A stretch of DNA of 64,000 nucleotides from Gemmatimonadales bacterium (GTDB lineage Bacteria > Gemmatimonadota > Gemmatimonadetes > Gemmatimonadales > GWC2-71-9). Below are positions 36,884 to 47,539 of this stretch, one piece after another (positions within the stretch are counted from its first letter, which is position 1; each line of letters opens with the position of its first letter). A program made the translations under genes and the position numbers. The stretch lies in NCBI GenBank assembly GCA_965249575.1, contig OZ252244.1, positions 3,680,001 to 3,744,000 on the forward strand, in the 5' to 3' direction. Below the pieces are notes generated by a model. It was not told where the DNA came from. It was given only the letters and a program-made list of their open reading frames with translations, and did not search any database.

Positions 36884-37654
36884 ATGTCGATTTCCGTTTC
36901 AAGCTTGCTGCAGAACCGTGTCGCCCTGGTGACCGGTGCGGGCCGAGGCCTCGGCCGGGCGATTGTCGGGAAAATGGCATCTGCAGGAGCGAGGGGAGTG
37001 GCGATTGAGATCGATTCAGCCCTGCTGGAATTAGAACTTCCCGAGGGATGGTTCGGTTTCGAGGGTGACGTGCGCGACGAGTCGTCGGTGGCGCTGGCCG
37101 TCAAAACGGTCGTGGATCGGTTCGGTCGGCTAGATGTAGCGGTGCCCAACGCCGGCCTCGTGCCGCTGTGGCGGAGCGTGGAGGATGTCGATCTAACCGA
37201 ATGGGATAATGTGTTCGCGGTGAACGTCCGCGGTGTGGCCGCCACGATCAAGCACGCGGCCAGGGTGATGAAAGACGCCGGCGGATCCATTGTCGCCACC
37301 GCCTCAACAAGCGCATTTCGGTCCCGGCGGGGCCAAGCCATTTATACCGCGAGTAAGCACGCAGTACTTGGCATCGTTCGCTCTGCCGCACAGGATCTTG
37401 GACGATACGGGATTCGGGTCAATGCCCTGGCTCCGGGACCGGTCGCGACCGAGGCCGCGCGGGAACGGATGCAACGCCGCGCGCCGATTACGGGCTTGAG
37501 TGAAGAGCAGGCACTCGAGGCCTACGCGTCGGAGACCGCACTCGGACGAATCGCCACCGTGGACGACGTGGCCAGTACGGCGCTCTATCTCGCGTCCGAT
37601 CTTTCATCGGGAGTCACGGGAACGCTGGCGCCGGTGGAATGCGGCTGGGCGTAG
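36884..37654 (+). CDS. Short-chain dehydrogenase/reductase
   Basis: TGAGRGLG, PNAG, YTASK and IRVNALAPG motifs. Confidence 0.9.
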   Translation: MSISVSSLLQNRVALVTGAGRGLGRAIVGKMASAGARGVAIEIDSALLELELPEGWFGFEGDVRDESSVALAVKTVVDRFGRLDVAVPNAGLVPLWRSVEDVDLTEWDNVFAVNVRGVAATIKHAARVMKDAGGSIVATASTSAFRSRRGQAIYTASKHAVLGIVRSAAQDLGRYGIRVNALAPGPVATEAARERMQRRAPITGLSEEQALEAYASETALGRIATVDDVASTALYLASDLSSGVTGTLAPVECGWA

Positions 37655-37695
37655 CCGCCGGGATTCCTCATGCTTCCGACGAGGCTACTCGATAA

Positions 37696-39078
37696 GTGAC
37701 TGGTCGTGGCTCGCGTGGTGCCGCGGGTATCGCGCCGAAACGTATCACGCGCCGCGCCGCGATCAAGGAGGCGGCAGTCAAAGGCGCCGCGTTCCTGGGA
37801 GCGGTGTCGGCAGGGTCGACGTTGGCATCCTGCTCCCCAGCCCGCCGCGGGGGCGTGACGCTCCGGTGGTGGTCGGCCCAGAATGCTCCTGCCCAGTTGG
37901 CGGCCTACCGATACCAGATCGCGCGCTTCGAAGCGGCGCATCCTGGCATCATCGTGCAGCTCGGCCAGACGTCGGATGAGGGCTACGCGCCGCAAATGGC
38001 TGCCGCGTTCATCAGCGGGGAAGTACCGAATGTCGTTACCCACCTCCCCTCGTTCACGGTGTCGAATTACTGGAGCGAGGGTCTGCTGGAGCCGTTCAAC
38101 GACGTGATCGACGCCGTGGGGCCAGAGAAGTATTACGAGGGCGGGAACCGGATCTACGAGACGACGCCGGGGGAGTATGCCGGGAGCGGCATCGGCAACG
38201 CCGCCGCGAACATGCTGTGGATTCGGCGTGACCTGATGGCCGATGCCGGAATCGATGCGATTCCGGAAACATGGGATGAACTGCGTAATGCGTGCCGCAG
38301 GATGCAGAAGGGCACCGTGTATGGCGCTCCGCTGCCCTACGCGCGAAACGGTATGACGTCGCTCACCATTATCAGCTTCATTCACCTCGCCGGCGGTCAG
38401 GTCTTCTCGCCCGACCTCGACGTCGCGCTCGACAGCGACGCGACGCGCAACGCGCTCGAGTTTTATCGCTCGATGCGGGAGCTGTGCCCGCCCGGAGCCA
38501 CGAATTACAGCTGGCCTCAGAGTCTCTCAGCGTTTGTGAGCGGCGCGTCGGCGACGGCGATGTATACCGGTCGCACGCTGTCTAACGTGACGGAGCGGAA
38601 CCCGGCCATCGCCGACTTCGTCACATGTCGGACCTATCCCCGAATCTCGAGGGAAGTGGCATCCTGGACGTTCAACGGGTTCCCCAGCGTGTTCATCCCG
38701 GCCGCCGCGCCCCACATGACCGAAACGAAGCTCTTGGCAGCGTGGCTGTACGACCCAGAGGGGTATATCAGACAGCTTCATGCCACGCCCGGACATATGC
38801 TCCCGGTGCTTCGGACGATTGCAGACGACCCACGCTATCAGGATAACACGATCATCGACAAATATCGGGCGGAAGTGCAGCTCATGTCGGAGGCAGCCGC
38901 CACCGGAAAGAACCTGGGCTGGGAGAGCCCGGCCCACCGGCCGAACGTCAAGGCCGACGAAGTCATCAGCGGCAACTTGCTCGCCGAGATGGTCCAGCGG
39001 GTCGTGCTCAACGATGAAAACGTGTCGCGGGTCATCGGTGACACCGCGAAGAAGATCGAGGCGGTTGTCAGCTCCTAG
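37696..39078 (+). CDS. Sugar-type ABC substrate-binding protein, Tat-exported lipoprotein
   Basis: TRRAAIK twin-arginine motif, LAS-C lipobox and PETWDEL motif. Confidence 0.8.
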   Translation: MTGRGSRGAAGIAPKRITRRAAIKEAAVKGAAFLGAVSAGSTLASCSPARRGGVTLRWWSAQNAPAQLAAYRYQIARFEAAHPGIIVQLGQTSDEGYAPQMAAAFISGEVPNVVTHLPSFTVSNYWSEGLLEPFNDVIDAVGPEKYYEGGNRIYETTPGEYAGSGIGNAAANMLWIRRDLMADAGIDAIPETWDELRNACRRMQKGTVYGAPLPYARNGMTSLTIISFIHLAGGQVFSPDLDVALDSDATRNALEFYRSMRELCPPGATNYSWPQSLSAFVSGASATAMYTGRTLSNVTERNPAIADFVTCRTYPRISREVASWTFNGFPSVFIPAAAPHMTETKLLAAWLYDPEGYIRQLHATPGHMLPVLRTIADDPRYQDNTIIDKYRAEVQLMSEAAATGKNLGWESPAHRPNVKADEVISGNLLAEMVQRVVLNDENVSRVIGDTAKKIEAVVSS

Positions 39079-39090
39079 GGTCGGCGGTAG

Positions 39091-40024
39091 ATGAAGTCTC
39101 GATTCGGGGCGGGAGCGCTGTCGACGGTGTCTCTTCAAGCTCCAACCTGGGAAACCCGACTGATCTCGCGCATCAGGTTCACAGCGATCACCCTAGGCTT
39201 GGCGATGCTCACCCTCGTCAACGCCACAACCCCGCTCTGCGCTCAAGCGTGGCATCCAGGGCTCGGCCCGGGCGATCATCGGCTGTGGCTCGATGTTGGA
39301 GAGCTTCGGCGCGAGTACCTGGTGCATGTCCCGAGCGGGTACGATCGCCGGCGGGAGGTACCTGCTGATGTTCCACGGTTTTGGCGGCTCGTTGGACGAA
39401 GCCGCCCTTGCGACCGAATGGCGAAGCAAGGCGGATGCCGAGACCTTCCTCGCGGTGTTCCCAAACGGGTTTCCCAATTCGGAGGGGATACGGTTCTGGG
39501 CTGACGGCCGGGCGCGGAGCGAGGCCCAGGAGGACGTCGCCTTCACACGTGCGATCCTCGACGATCTGGCTCGGCGTTTTCGCGTGGACCGCAAACGCAT
39601 CTTCGCCGTGGGGTTCTCGAACGGGGCGGGGATGGCTTTCCGGTTAGCCGTGCAGCTGGGAGATCGCATCGCAGCGATCGCGCCAGTCGCCGGCCGGCCT
39701 CACAGCATTCAGCCAGGGGGCCTGAGGCGGCCGTGGTGTTTGCAATTGGGACGGAAGATAGAGGATTCCGTCCGGAGACAATCGATGCGCCCACCCGATG
39801 GGCTCAGCTTCTCGGCTGTGGGCTCGATGGCGACACGGCGCGACACGGCGCGAGACGGGCGTTTCACGCGGGTGACTCGCCGGGGCTGCGCGGGTGGGGC
39901 CGAGGCGGTCTCGTATACGATCGATGGATGGGCGCACCACTGGCCGGGTGGGAACAACCGCGGTATCGAGATGTGGGCAGAAAGCGTGATCTGGGACTTC
40001 TTCAGGAAGCATCCGCTGCGCTGA
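39091..40024 (+). pseudogene. LpqC/PHB-depolymerase-like esterase, frameshifted
   Basis: RREYLVHVP | MFHGFGG...GFSNGAGMA | GTED..RWAQLLGC | HHWPGG..IWDFF segments alternate between two frames. Confidence 0.8.
39831..39850 (+). repeat. 10-bp tandem duplication CGACACGGCG x2
   Basis: Exact direct repeat; removing one copy restores the esterase frame at this point. Confidence 0.85.
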
Positions 40025-40123
40025 GAACCAGCCGGGCGTCGGCCCCGGGCCCTTGCGATCCAGCCGCCGCATCCACCATCGTTTGAGCTTCCAGACGGCT
40101 TCCCGGCGGTTGGCTCGATTTCC

Positions 40124-40872
40124 GTGGCAGTAGCGTCCAACAAGTCCTGTCCCAAATGCGGCCGGTCGCTAGCGCCCCGCGCAATGTACTGCACGGCCTG
40201 CGGCGCGGCCGTCGCATCAACACCCGAGCGACTCCAAGCGGCGCTCGGATCCGACTACCAAATCATGGGTGAGTTGGGCAGGGGTGGGTTTGCCATCGTG
40301 TACTCCGTCCGGGACCTGAAGCTCCGCCGGTACCTGGCGGTCAAGGTCATGCGCCATGAGCTGATGACGTCGCGGGTCGTGGTGGAGCGATTCCGGCGTG
40401 AGGCGCGATACGTCGCGGAGCTCGACCACCCGAACATCCTGTCGGTGGCGTTCTCGGGCGAGCAGGCAAGCCTCGTGTACTACGCCATGCCCCGCGTGCG
40501 CGGGAAGGCCCTGAGTAAGATCCTAGAGACTGAGAAGAGCGTGCCGTTACCCGAGACACTGCTCTCGGCCAGTGGAACGAGTCTCTCCCTCAGCGGCGAG
40601 ATCATCGGGACGCCGGAGTACATGAGTCCGGAACTTCCGGTTGCTCCGGGACGTGGGTGCCGGGCTTTTGCATGCGCACGAGCAGCAAAGGGAGTGCGCC
40701 CGGCCAGCAGCTCATATCCCACAACACCCCTGGTGGATCGACCCAGTCGATCATCCACAAACAACTTTGGGAAGAGCCGCACGGCCTAGCCCGCAGTTTG
40801 GCGAAAAACCCCAACGAGCGATGGCAGTCCATCGCCGACGCGGTGCGAGCGTCCAGCGGCAACTTGCCCTAG
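40124..40872 (+). pseudogene. Zinc-ribbon Ser/Thr protein kinase, deleted and rearranged
   Basis: CPKC..CTAC, LGRGGFAIVY, AVKVM, HPNI and GTPEYMSPE are present. HRD and DFG are absent; subdomains are out of order or inverted. Confidence 0.8.
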
Positions 40873-40949
40873 GGTCGTAACGAGACTAACCTTCGGCGCC
40901 CATTCCGGGCCCGAGCGGCCGCCTGTAACCGACCCTTGCCACCTCGCGA

Positions 40950-42101
40950 ATGACCACACCACTGGGCAACTCCGGTAACTCACTCGCTCCAAAGGGCTTA
41001 GAGGATGTCATCGCCAACCAGTCCGCCGTCTGCTTGGTGGACGGTACCCGAGGCCGGCTTTTGTATCGGGGCTACGATATCCACGATTTGGCTGCCCATT
41101 CGACCTTTGAGGAAACTGCGTACCTGTTAATGGTGGGGGCACTCCCGACGAGGACCGAGTTGCGGGAGTTCGTGGGCCAGATCAAGGCGGCACAAAAGCT
41201 CGACAAGGTTACCACGAGGGTCATCAAGGACGCCCCTCCCGAGTCGCGGCCGATGAACGTCCTCCGCACGGCGGTCAGCGCCTCGGTGTACACCGATCCG
41301 GACAAGGCCGACAACTCCAAAGCGGGCGAGCTTCGGAAGTCGGTCCGGCTGCTGGCGAAGATCCCGACCATTATTGCCGCCTTCCATCGGCTCCGGAACG
41401 GCGACCGACCGATTTCCCCGCGCAAGGGGATGTCGCTGGCCGCCAACTTCTTGCACATGTTGACGGGCGAAGTTCCTGACAAGGAAGTCGAGCGGTCCTT
41501 TGACGTGGCTCTCATCCTCCATGCCGATCACGAGCTCAACGCTTCGACTTTCACCGCGCGAATTATCGCCGCCACCCTGATGGACGTGCACGGCGCGGTG
41601 ACCGGTGCCATCGCGGCGCTGGCCGGCCCGCTACATGGTGGGGCCAATGCCGAGGTCATGAGGATGCTCGAGGAGATCGGGAGCGTCGACCGGGCGGAGA
41701 GCTGGGTGGGTCACCGGCTGGGTGGCAAGAAGAAGATCATGGGCTTTGGCCATCGCGTCTACCGAACCGAAGATCCGCGCGCGACGCACCTGCGAAAGAT
41801 GTCGGAAGCGCTCGGAAGGAAATTCGGGGAGCCGCAATGGTTTGATATGTCCCGTGTGATAGAGGATGTCGTCAGACGGGAGAAGGGCTTGTACTGTAAT
41901 GTGGATTTCTACTCGGGGTCGTCTTACCACGTCATGGGGATCCCCCGCGACCTGTTCACGCCCATCTTCGCAGCTTCCCGCGTTGCGGGCTGGTGCGCGC
42001 ACGTGCTGGAACAACAGGAAGACAACCGGCTGATTCGCCCGCGCGCGGAATACGTCGGACCGATGGATCAGAAGTACATAGCCATGAGAAGGCGCCGGTA
42101 G
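40950..42101 (+). CDS. gltA: Citrate synthase (short type I / 2-methylcitrate synthase-like)
   Basis: [25 protein letters not shown] and NVDFYSG motifs; adjacent to icd. Confidence 0.88.
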   Translation: MTTPLGNSGNSLAPKGLEDVIANQSAVCLVDGTRGRLLYRGYDIHDLAAHSTFEETAYLLMVGALPTRTELREFVGQIKAAQKLDKVTTRVIKDAPPESRPMNVLRTAVSASVYTDPDKADNSKAGELRKSVRLLAKIPTIIAAFHRLRNGDRPISPRKGMSLAANFLHMLTGEVPDKEVERSFDVALILHADHELNASTFTARIIAATLMDVHGAVTGAIAALAGPLHGGANAEVMRMLEEIGSVDRAESWVGHRLGGKKKIMGFGHRVYRTEDPRATHLRKMSEALGRKFGEPQWFDMSRVIEDVVRREKGLYCNVDFYSGSSYHVMGIPRDLFTPIFAASRVAGWCAHVLEQQEDNRLIRPRAEYVGPMDQKYIAMRRRR

Positions 42102-42103
42102 CC

Positions 42104-43327
42104 GTGTCGGGCACTCGCATCACGTGGAAGGACGGTGAGTATACCGTCCCCGACGATCCAGTTCTCCCGTTCATCGAGGGAGACGGGACCGGGCCAGATA
42201 TCTGGCGGGCGGCTCGTATGGTGTTCGATGCCGCGGTGGAAAAGGTGTCAGCCGGGGCCCGTCGTGTAGTGTGGAAGGAGATTATCGCGGGCGAGAAGGC
42301 CTTTAAGGAAACGGGCAGTTGGCTGCCGGAGGCGAGTCTCGAGGCCGTGCGGGAGCACCGCATAGCGATAAAGGGACCGCTGACCACGCCCGTGGGTGGC
42401 GGGATTCGGTCGCTGAACGTCGCCTTGCGGCAGGTGTTGGACCTATATGCCTGCGTGCGGCCCGTTCGTTATTTGCGGGGCGTGCCGTCACCGATGAAAG
42501 ATCCCTCCCAACTCGATGTCGTGATCTTTCGGGAGAACATCGAGGATGTGTACGCCGGGATCGAGTTCAAGGCGGGCAGTTCGGAGGCCGACCGGTTGCG
42601 ATCGTTCCTGGTGGATGAGTTGGGTGCGAAGGTAAGGGACGAGAGCGCGCTGGGGATCAAGCCGATGAGCGCGTACAACAGCAAGCGGCTCGTGGCCAAG
42701 GCCATTCGGTACGCTCGGGCGCATGACCGGCCCTCCGTGACACTCATGCACAAGGGAAACATCATGAAGTTCACCGAGGGGGCGTTTCGGGACTGGGGCT
42801 ACGAGGTGGCTCGGCAAGAGTTCAGGGACTGGACCGTCGCCGAATCGGACGTGAGCGCCGATCAGGGCGCTGGCGGGCGAGTCGTGATCAAGGACCGCAT
42901 TGCCGATTCGATGTTCCAGCAGGTGCTCCTGCGGCCGGGTGAGTACTCCGTGGTGGCGACACCCAACCTGAACGGGGACTACCTCTCGGATGCGTGCGCG
43001 GCGCAGGTCGGCGGGCTGGGAATGGCACCCGGCGCGAACATCGGCGACGGGTTTGCGCTCTTCGAAGCAACGCACGGGACCGCCCCGAAGTACGCCGGCC
43101 AAGACAAAGTCAACCCGAGCAGCCTGATTCTGTCAGGTGTGATGATGTTCGAGGAGCTGGGCTGGCAAGACGTGGCCGACGCAATCGTGTCCGGCCTGGA
43201 AGGCGCCATCCAAGATGGTGCCGTTACCTACGACCTCGCCCGTCAGATGCCGGGTGCTCGCGAGGTCCCGACCTCGGGTTTCGCGGAGGGGGTCGTAGCT
43301 CACATGAGCACGCGAAGGGCTACATGA
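42104..43327 (+). CDS. icd: Isocitrate dehydrogenase (E. coli-type, probably NADP-dependent)
   Basis: [43 protein letters not shown] and HGTAPKYAG motifs; GTG start at 42104. Confidence 0.95.
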   Translation: MSGTRITWKDGEYTVPDDPVLPFIEGDGTGPDIWRAARMVFDAAVEKVSAGARRVVWKEIIAGEKAFKETGSWLPEASLEAVREHRIAIKGPLTTPVGGGIRSLNVALRQVLDLYACVRPVRYLRGVPSPMKDPSQLDVVIFRENIEDVYAGIEFKAGSSEADRLRSFLVDELGAKVRDESALGIKPMSAYNSKRLVAKAIRYARAHDRPSVTLMHKGNIMKFTEGAFRDWGYEVARQEFRDWTVAESDVSADQGAGGRVVIKDRIADSMFQQVLLRPGEYSVVATPNLNGDYLSDACAAQVGGLGMAPGANIGDGFALFEATHGTAPKYAGQDKVNPSSLILSGVMMFEELGWQDVADAIVSGLEGAIQDGAVTYDLARQMPGAREVPTSGFAEGVVAHMSTRRAT

Positions 43328-44814
43328 AGTCTTCTGTCAAGGTCGTGCCCATCGAGCGGGCCACCCATCCGGTCGTCGCGCTGGCGATCGGCGCCACGAA
43401 CGGCAAGGTCCCGACATCCCTCCTGGGACTGGACGCCGCTACCGGACGGGCCCTGGGCCGCATTTTTGACACCGGCGACTTCAAAGGGAATCGGGATGAA
43501 GTTGCGATCTTGTATCCGCCGAAGGGTGCGAGTCGAGTCCTCCTGGTCGGCATGGGCAAGGCGGAGGAAACCACCCGGGATGCCGTCCGCCGGGCGGCGG
43601 CGGTTGCTGCCCGCCGGGCGGCGGCGCTCGGTGCCGAGTCGATGGCATTCTACGTCGTACCGGAATCCCGTCACGGGGTGGCTCCGGTCACGATCGGACA
43701 GGTGGCGATCGAGGGCGCCGCACAAGGGGCTTGGCGATTCCTGGACTTCAAGGCCCCGACTCCAGATCGAACCGCGCTCAAATCGGTCGATGTGATCGCG
43801 AGTCGCGAGGACCGGCCGGCGGTGGAGCGGGGAAGGCGGCTCGGAGGCCCCGTCGCCATCGGGCAAAAGCTCGCCCGTAACCTCCAGATGCTTCCGGGGA
43901 ACGTCTGCACGCCGTCGTACCTGTCGGACATCGCGCGACGCCTAGGCAAGGCGTACGGGTTCAAGGTCACCGTGTTGGGTCGCGCACAGCTCGAGAAGGC
44001 CGGGTTTGGAGGCCTGCTTGCGGTCGCCCGAGGCTCGGTGGAGGAGCCGCAGTTCATCGTGCTCGAGCACAAGCGGGTTTCCCGGGCGGCGCCCGTCTGC
44101 CTGGTGGGCAAGGGGGTAACGTTCGATTCTGGGGGCATCTCGATCAAGCCCGCTCAGCGCATGGAGGAGATGAAGTTCGACATGTCGGGGGCGGCCGCGG
44201 TGCTGGGTACCTTCGAAGCACTGGGCCACATCAAGCCAAACGTGAACGTCGTAGGACTGATCCCCGCAACCGAGAACCTGCCTTCGGGGACCGCGCTCAA
44301 GCCGGGTGATGTCGTTCAGAGCCATTTCGGCAAGACGATCGAGATCGTCAACACGGACGCGGAAGGTCGACTGATCCTAGCCGACGCGCTCTCGTATGCG
44401 CGACGATTCAAGCCCGCGTGTGTCATCGATGCCGCGACCCTGACCGGAGCGATTGTGGTGGCGCTGGGTCACCAGGCGACCGGGCTCATGGGGAACGACG
44501 ACCAGTTGATTGACGAGGTGCGCCGGGCAGCCGTGCTCGCTGGGGAGCGGTGCTGGCCGCTGCCGTTGTGGGACGAATACCGGAGCCAGATCAAATCGTC
44601 CATCGCCGACGTGAAGAACTCGGGTGGTAGGTCCGGCGGGTCGATTACGGCCGGCTGGTTCCTGCGGGAGTTCGTCGAGGGCTTCCCCTGGGCCCACCTG
44701 GACATTGCGGGCACCGCGAACACGGACGCCGACTCTCCGTCCATGGAAAAGGGGCCGACGGGGCTGGGAGTGCGGCTGTTCACCGAGTTCATCCTCGGAC
44801 GTGCAGGGGGGTGA
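43324..44814 (+). CDS. pepA: Leucyl aminopeptidase (M17)
   Basis: [25 protein letters not shown] and HLDIAGT motifs. Confidence 0.93.
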   Translation: MKSSVKVVPIERATHPVVALAIGATNGKVPTSLLGLDAATGRALGRIFDTGDFKGNRDEVAILYPPKGASRVLLVGMGKAEETTRDAVRRAAAVAARRAAALGAESMAFYVVPESRHGVAPVTIGQVAIEGAAQGAWRFLDFKAPTPDRTALKSVDVIASREDRPAVERGRRLGGPVAIGQKLARNLQMLPGNVCTPSYLSDIARRLGKAYGFKVTVLGRAQLEKAGFGGLLAVARGSVEEPQFIVLEHKRVSRAAPVCLVGKGVTFDSGGISIKPAQRMEEMKFDMSGAAAVLGTFEALGHIKPNVNVVGLIPATENLPSGTALKPGDVVQSHFGKTIEIVNTDAEGRLILADALSYARRFKPACVIDAATLTGAIVVALGHQATGLMGNDDQLIDEVRRAAVLAGERCWPLPLWDEYRSQIKSSIADVKNSGGRSGGSITAGWFLREFVEGFPWAHLDIAGTANTDADSPSMEKGPTGLGVRLFTEFILGRAGG

Positions 44815-46595
44815 CACCTCGCTGGCAGGCCATCGCGCCCGCCATTTTCCTCATCGGTTTCCTGACTGGTGCCGCGCCACGGCTCGCGGGACAGGACAGC
44901 CTCCTACCACAACCCGATTCCATAGCTTCACCCGAGGACCGGCCGCTTGTTCGAGTGGGGATCGCTACGGTGCGGCCCCAGGTCCCCATCGGACCGCTAG
45001 GTGTCGGCACCCGATACACCTTCACTCGGGACTCCCTCTACTGGTCCAATGCTGCGACGCTGTCCGACCTCCTGAGCGGCATCCCCGGCGTCTACGTGGC
45101 GCGCGGGGGATTCCTCGGTCTTCCAGAGTACGTCGTGTACGGTGGCCGGGGGGCGAGATCGGTCGAGTTGTATTGGGACGGCTTCGTGCTGGAGCCACTC
45201 GGGAGCGATTCGATCTTTGCTGATCCCGCCAGAATCCCTCTCACGTTGATTCGGAGGATCGACGTAGAAGTCCTTCCATCGACACTACGTGTATACCTCG
45301 TCTCAGAGCGGCACGAAACGCTCGAAAGCCGTTCACTCGTGCGTGTACGCAGCGGTGATTTTGGAACCGGGGCGTATGCGGGTCTCTTCCAGAAGCGTTG
45401 GACCAGTGGGTTCGGCATCGACCTCGGGGGTGACTTCGTAAGCACCGACGGCGCGAGTGGTCCGAACCGCACCGACCAGACGTTCGATGTATGGGCCAAG
45501 CTTACATGGGTGCCCCGGGCCGGCACCGGAGCCGTCTATCAGATCCGGCGGCAGGCCCATGATAGAGATCCGGTGTTGACCAGTGCTGGCGACGTCGGCA
45601 TTGCGGCGCGAAACGGCACACGCACCGATTCCTTTCTCCAGATCTTCACCTCTGGACCCGACCCGACGCGCGGTGTCAGCGCGATGCTTGGTTTGGGGGC
45701 GAGCGCCTGGACGAATGATTCGGTGACTGGGGAACAGCACTTCCGCCAAGCATTCGGGCGCCTCCGGTTCAGCCGACCCACACTCAACCTAGAGGTGACT
45801 GGGTTGGTGGCCGATGATCGTATCCTTGGAGACGCGGGTGCGCGCGTGGGTTGGATCCCCGTTCGCGGCATAGCCCTATCCGGCGAAGGACGTATTCGCC
45901 GTCACTCCAACCAACGCAGCTCACGGGAGGCCCGGGGCACTGCCAGCCTGTATTGGGGTCCCGCCACTCTGGTCGGGGAGTTGGCGTTGTACGACCACGT
46001 CGAGGCACCGGTGATCCCCGACGACACATCCCAATCGGGCACCGACCGCGGCGTGCATTTTCACCTCCGCTCGCGGCCGCTCTCCGGACGTATCGGAATC
46101 GTGAGGCGTGACGCGTTCACGCCCAGGCCATTTCCGGACCTGACGCCAGTCCTGCCGGCTGCCGGGACATCGACCCAGGCGACCTATCTGATCACCTCAG
46201 TCAAATTCCAACCAGTCTCGGCGCTCATTTTGGATGGATGGTACTCCAATCCGGTCCGTGGATCGGCGGCGTTCCAGCCCCCATCGCATGGCCGGGCGCA
46301 GTTCACGTTCCGATCGAAGTTCTGGCGTTCCTTCAGGAGTGGGGTGTTCGACCTCAAAGTGCAGCTGGCCATGGAGTCGTGGAGCCGTGGTCGGGCCGGA
46401 AGTGATGCCGCAGGATTGCCGATTGAGCTTCGAGGGGTGACGTTCTACGAGGCGTTCCTGCAGGTGCAGCTGGTCGGGTTCACGCTATTTTGGGACCTCA
46501 GGAATGCGTACAACGCGCGAGAGCAGTACGTGCCCGGTCTGGCCTACCCACGCAACGCGCAGACGTTCGGCGTGCGTTGGACATTCTACAATTGA
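44811..46595 (+). CDS. Putative outer-membrane beta-barrel protein with TonB-plug-like domain
   Basis: Signal peptide; LSDLLSGIPGVYV..G and IRRIDV plug-like motifs; amphipathic beta strands; C-terminal WTFYN. Confidence 0.6.
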   Translation: MTPRWQAIAPAIFLIGFLTGAAPRLAGQDSLLPQPDSIASPEDRPLVRVGIATVRPQVPIGPLGVGTRYTFTRDSLYWSNAATLSDLLSGIPGVYVARGGFLGLPEYVVYGGRGARSVELYWDGFVLEPLGSDSIFADPARIPLTLIRRIDVEVLPSTLRVYLVSERHETLESRSLVRVRSGDFGTGAYAGLFQKRWTSGFGIDLGGDFVSTDGASGPNRTDQTFDVWAKLTWVPRAGTGAVYQIRRQAHDRDPVLTSAGDVGIAARNGTRTDSFLQIFTSGPDPTRGVSAMLGLGASAWTNDSVTGEQHFRQAFGRLRFSRPTLNLEVTGLVADDRILGDAGARVGWIPVRGIALSGEGRIRRHSNQRSSREARGTASLYWGPATLVGELALYDHVEAPVIPDDTSQSGTDRGVHFHLRSRPLSGRIGIVRRDAFTPRPFPDLTPVLPAAGTSTQATYLITSVKFQPVSALILDGWYSNPVRGSAAFQPPSHGRAQFTFRSKFWRSFRSGVFDLKVQLAMESWSRGRAGSDAAGLPIELRGVTFYEAFLQVQLVGFTLFWDLRNAYNAREQYVPGLAYPRNAQTFGVRWTFYN

Positions 46596-46603
46596 GCGGT
46601 CTT

Positions 46604-46632
46604 TTGACGCGCTTATCGCCCGCCGCTAGCTT
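46604..46632 (+). promoter_or_regulatory. Sigma70 promoter of the yicC operon
   Basis: TTGACG-N17-TAGCTT. Confidence 0.6.
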
Positions 46633-46663
46633 TTGGACCTCCTAGCTCGGGAGCGGCTCGCAA

Positions 46664-47539
46664 GTGCCCAGATCAATGACCGGGTTCGGTGTCGCGGACG
46701 GGGACGTACGGGGAGGCCGCCTCCAGGTTGAGATCCGGACGCTCAACCACCGCCACTTCAACGCCCATTTGAAGCTTGGATCTGGCCTGCAGGAAATGGA
46801 GGCCCGGGTCCGCGATTGCTTGCGCGAGCGTTTCGAACGTGGTCACGTGACGCTGTCAACCCGATGGCTTCTCGAGCCCTCCCGCCCGTCCAACCTACGC
46901 GTCAACGTGGAGCGCGCCCGCGAAATCGTCGGTGTGCTTCGTGAGCTCAAGACCGCCCTCGCGCTTCCGGGTGACGTGGACCTAGCGTTCGTCGCCCGGC
47001 AGCCGGAAGTTTTGGCCTTGGTCGAAGCTGATGCTGCGCGACCGGACTGGAACGAGATCTATCCAGTGCTTGAGCGGGCGATCGGTCATGTGGTGACAAT
47101 GCGTACCCAGGAGGGCGCTGCGCTCGGCGCGGAACTGGCGGATCGTTTGCGCGCGATCGGCGAATTGCTCGCCGAAGTCGAGCGACGTGCACCGGAGCGC
47201 ATCACCTCGGAGTACGAGCGGCTCCGGGCGGCTGTCCAGCGATTGCTCGATGGATCCATCGCCGACGAGAACCGGCTCGCCCAAGAAATCGCATTGCTGG
47301 CAGACAAGCTCGACGTCACCGAGGAGACGGTACGCTTGCGGGCCCACATTCGAGCATGCGCGGATGCACTGCAGGAGGAGGGTGCGGCGGGGCGGCGCTT
47401 GGGTTTCCTCGGGCAGGAAATGCTCCGGGAAATCAACACGATCGGTTCGAAGGCGAACGATGCCGCGATCGCGCAATCGGTCATCGCCATGAAGGGCGAG
47501 CTCGAGAAGTTCCGTGAACAGGTCGAGAACGTCGAGTGA
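46664..47539 (+). CDS. yicC: YicC/YloC family endoribonuclease
   Basis: SMTGFG, KLDVTEE, QEMLREINTIGSKA and EQVENVE motifs. Confidence 0.93.
   Translation: MPRSMTGFGVADGDVRGGRLQVEIRTLNHRHFNAHLKLGSGLQEMEARVRDCLRERFERGHVTLSTRWLLEPSRPSNLRVNVERAREIVGVLRELKTALALPGDVDLAFVARQPEVLALVEADAARPDWNEIYPVLERAIGHVVTMRTQEGAALGAELADRLRAIGELLAEVERRAPERITSEYERLRAAVQRLLDGSIADENRLAQEIALLADKLDVTEETVRLRAHIRACADALQEEGAAGRRLGFLGQEMLREINTIGSKANDAAIAQSVIAMKGELEKFREQVENVE

Noticed and set aside
39350..39370. Programmed ribosomal frameshift in the esterase
   Set aside because: There is no slippery heptamer, and three separate frame breaks point to decay.
40925..40950. GTAACC-N16-CGAA ECF-like promoter before citrate synthase; CTGTAACCGA also occurs at 36179
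   Set aside because: The putative -10 overlaps the ATG, so the transcript would exclude the start codon, and the second copy lacks the -10.
34850..40950. attL/attR duplication of the tRNA-Leu 3' end bounding the islet
   Set aside because: Only a 7-bp match (CACCTCG near 40940) was seen, which is not significant, and no integrase is present.
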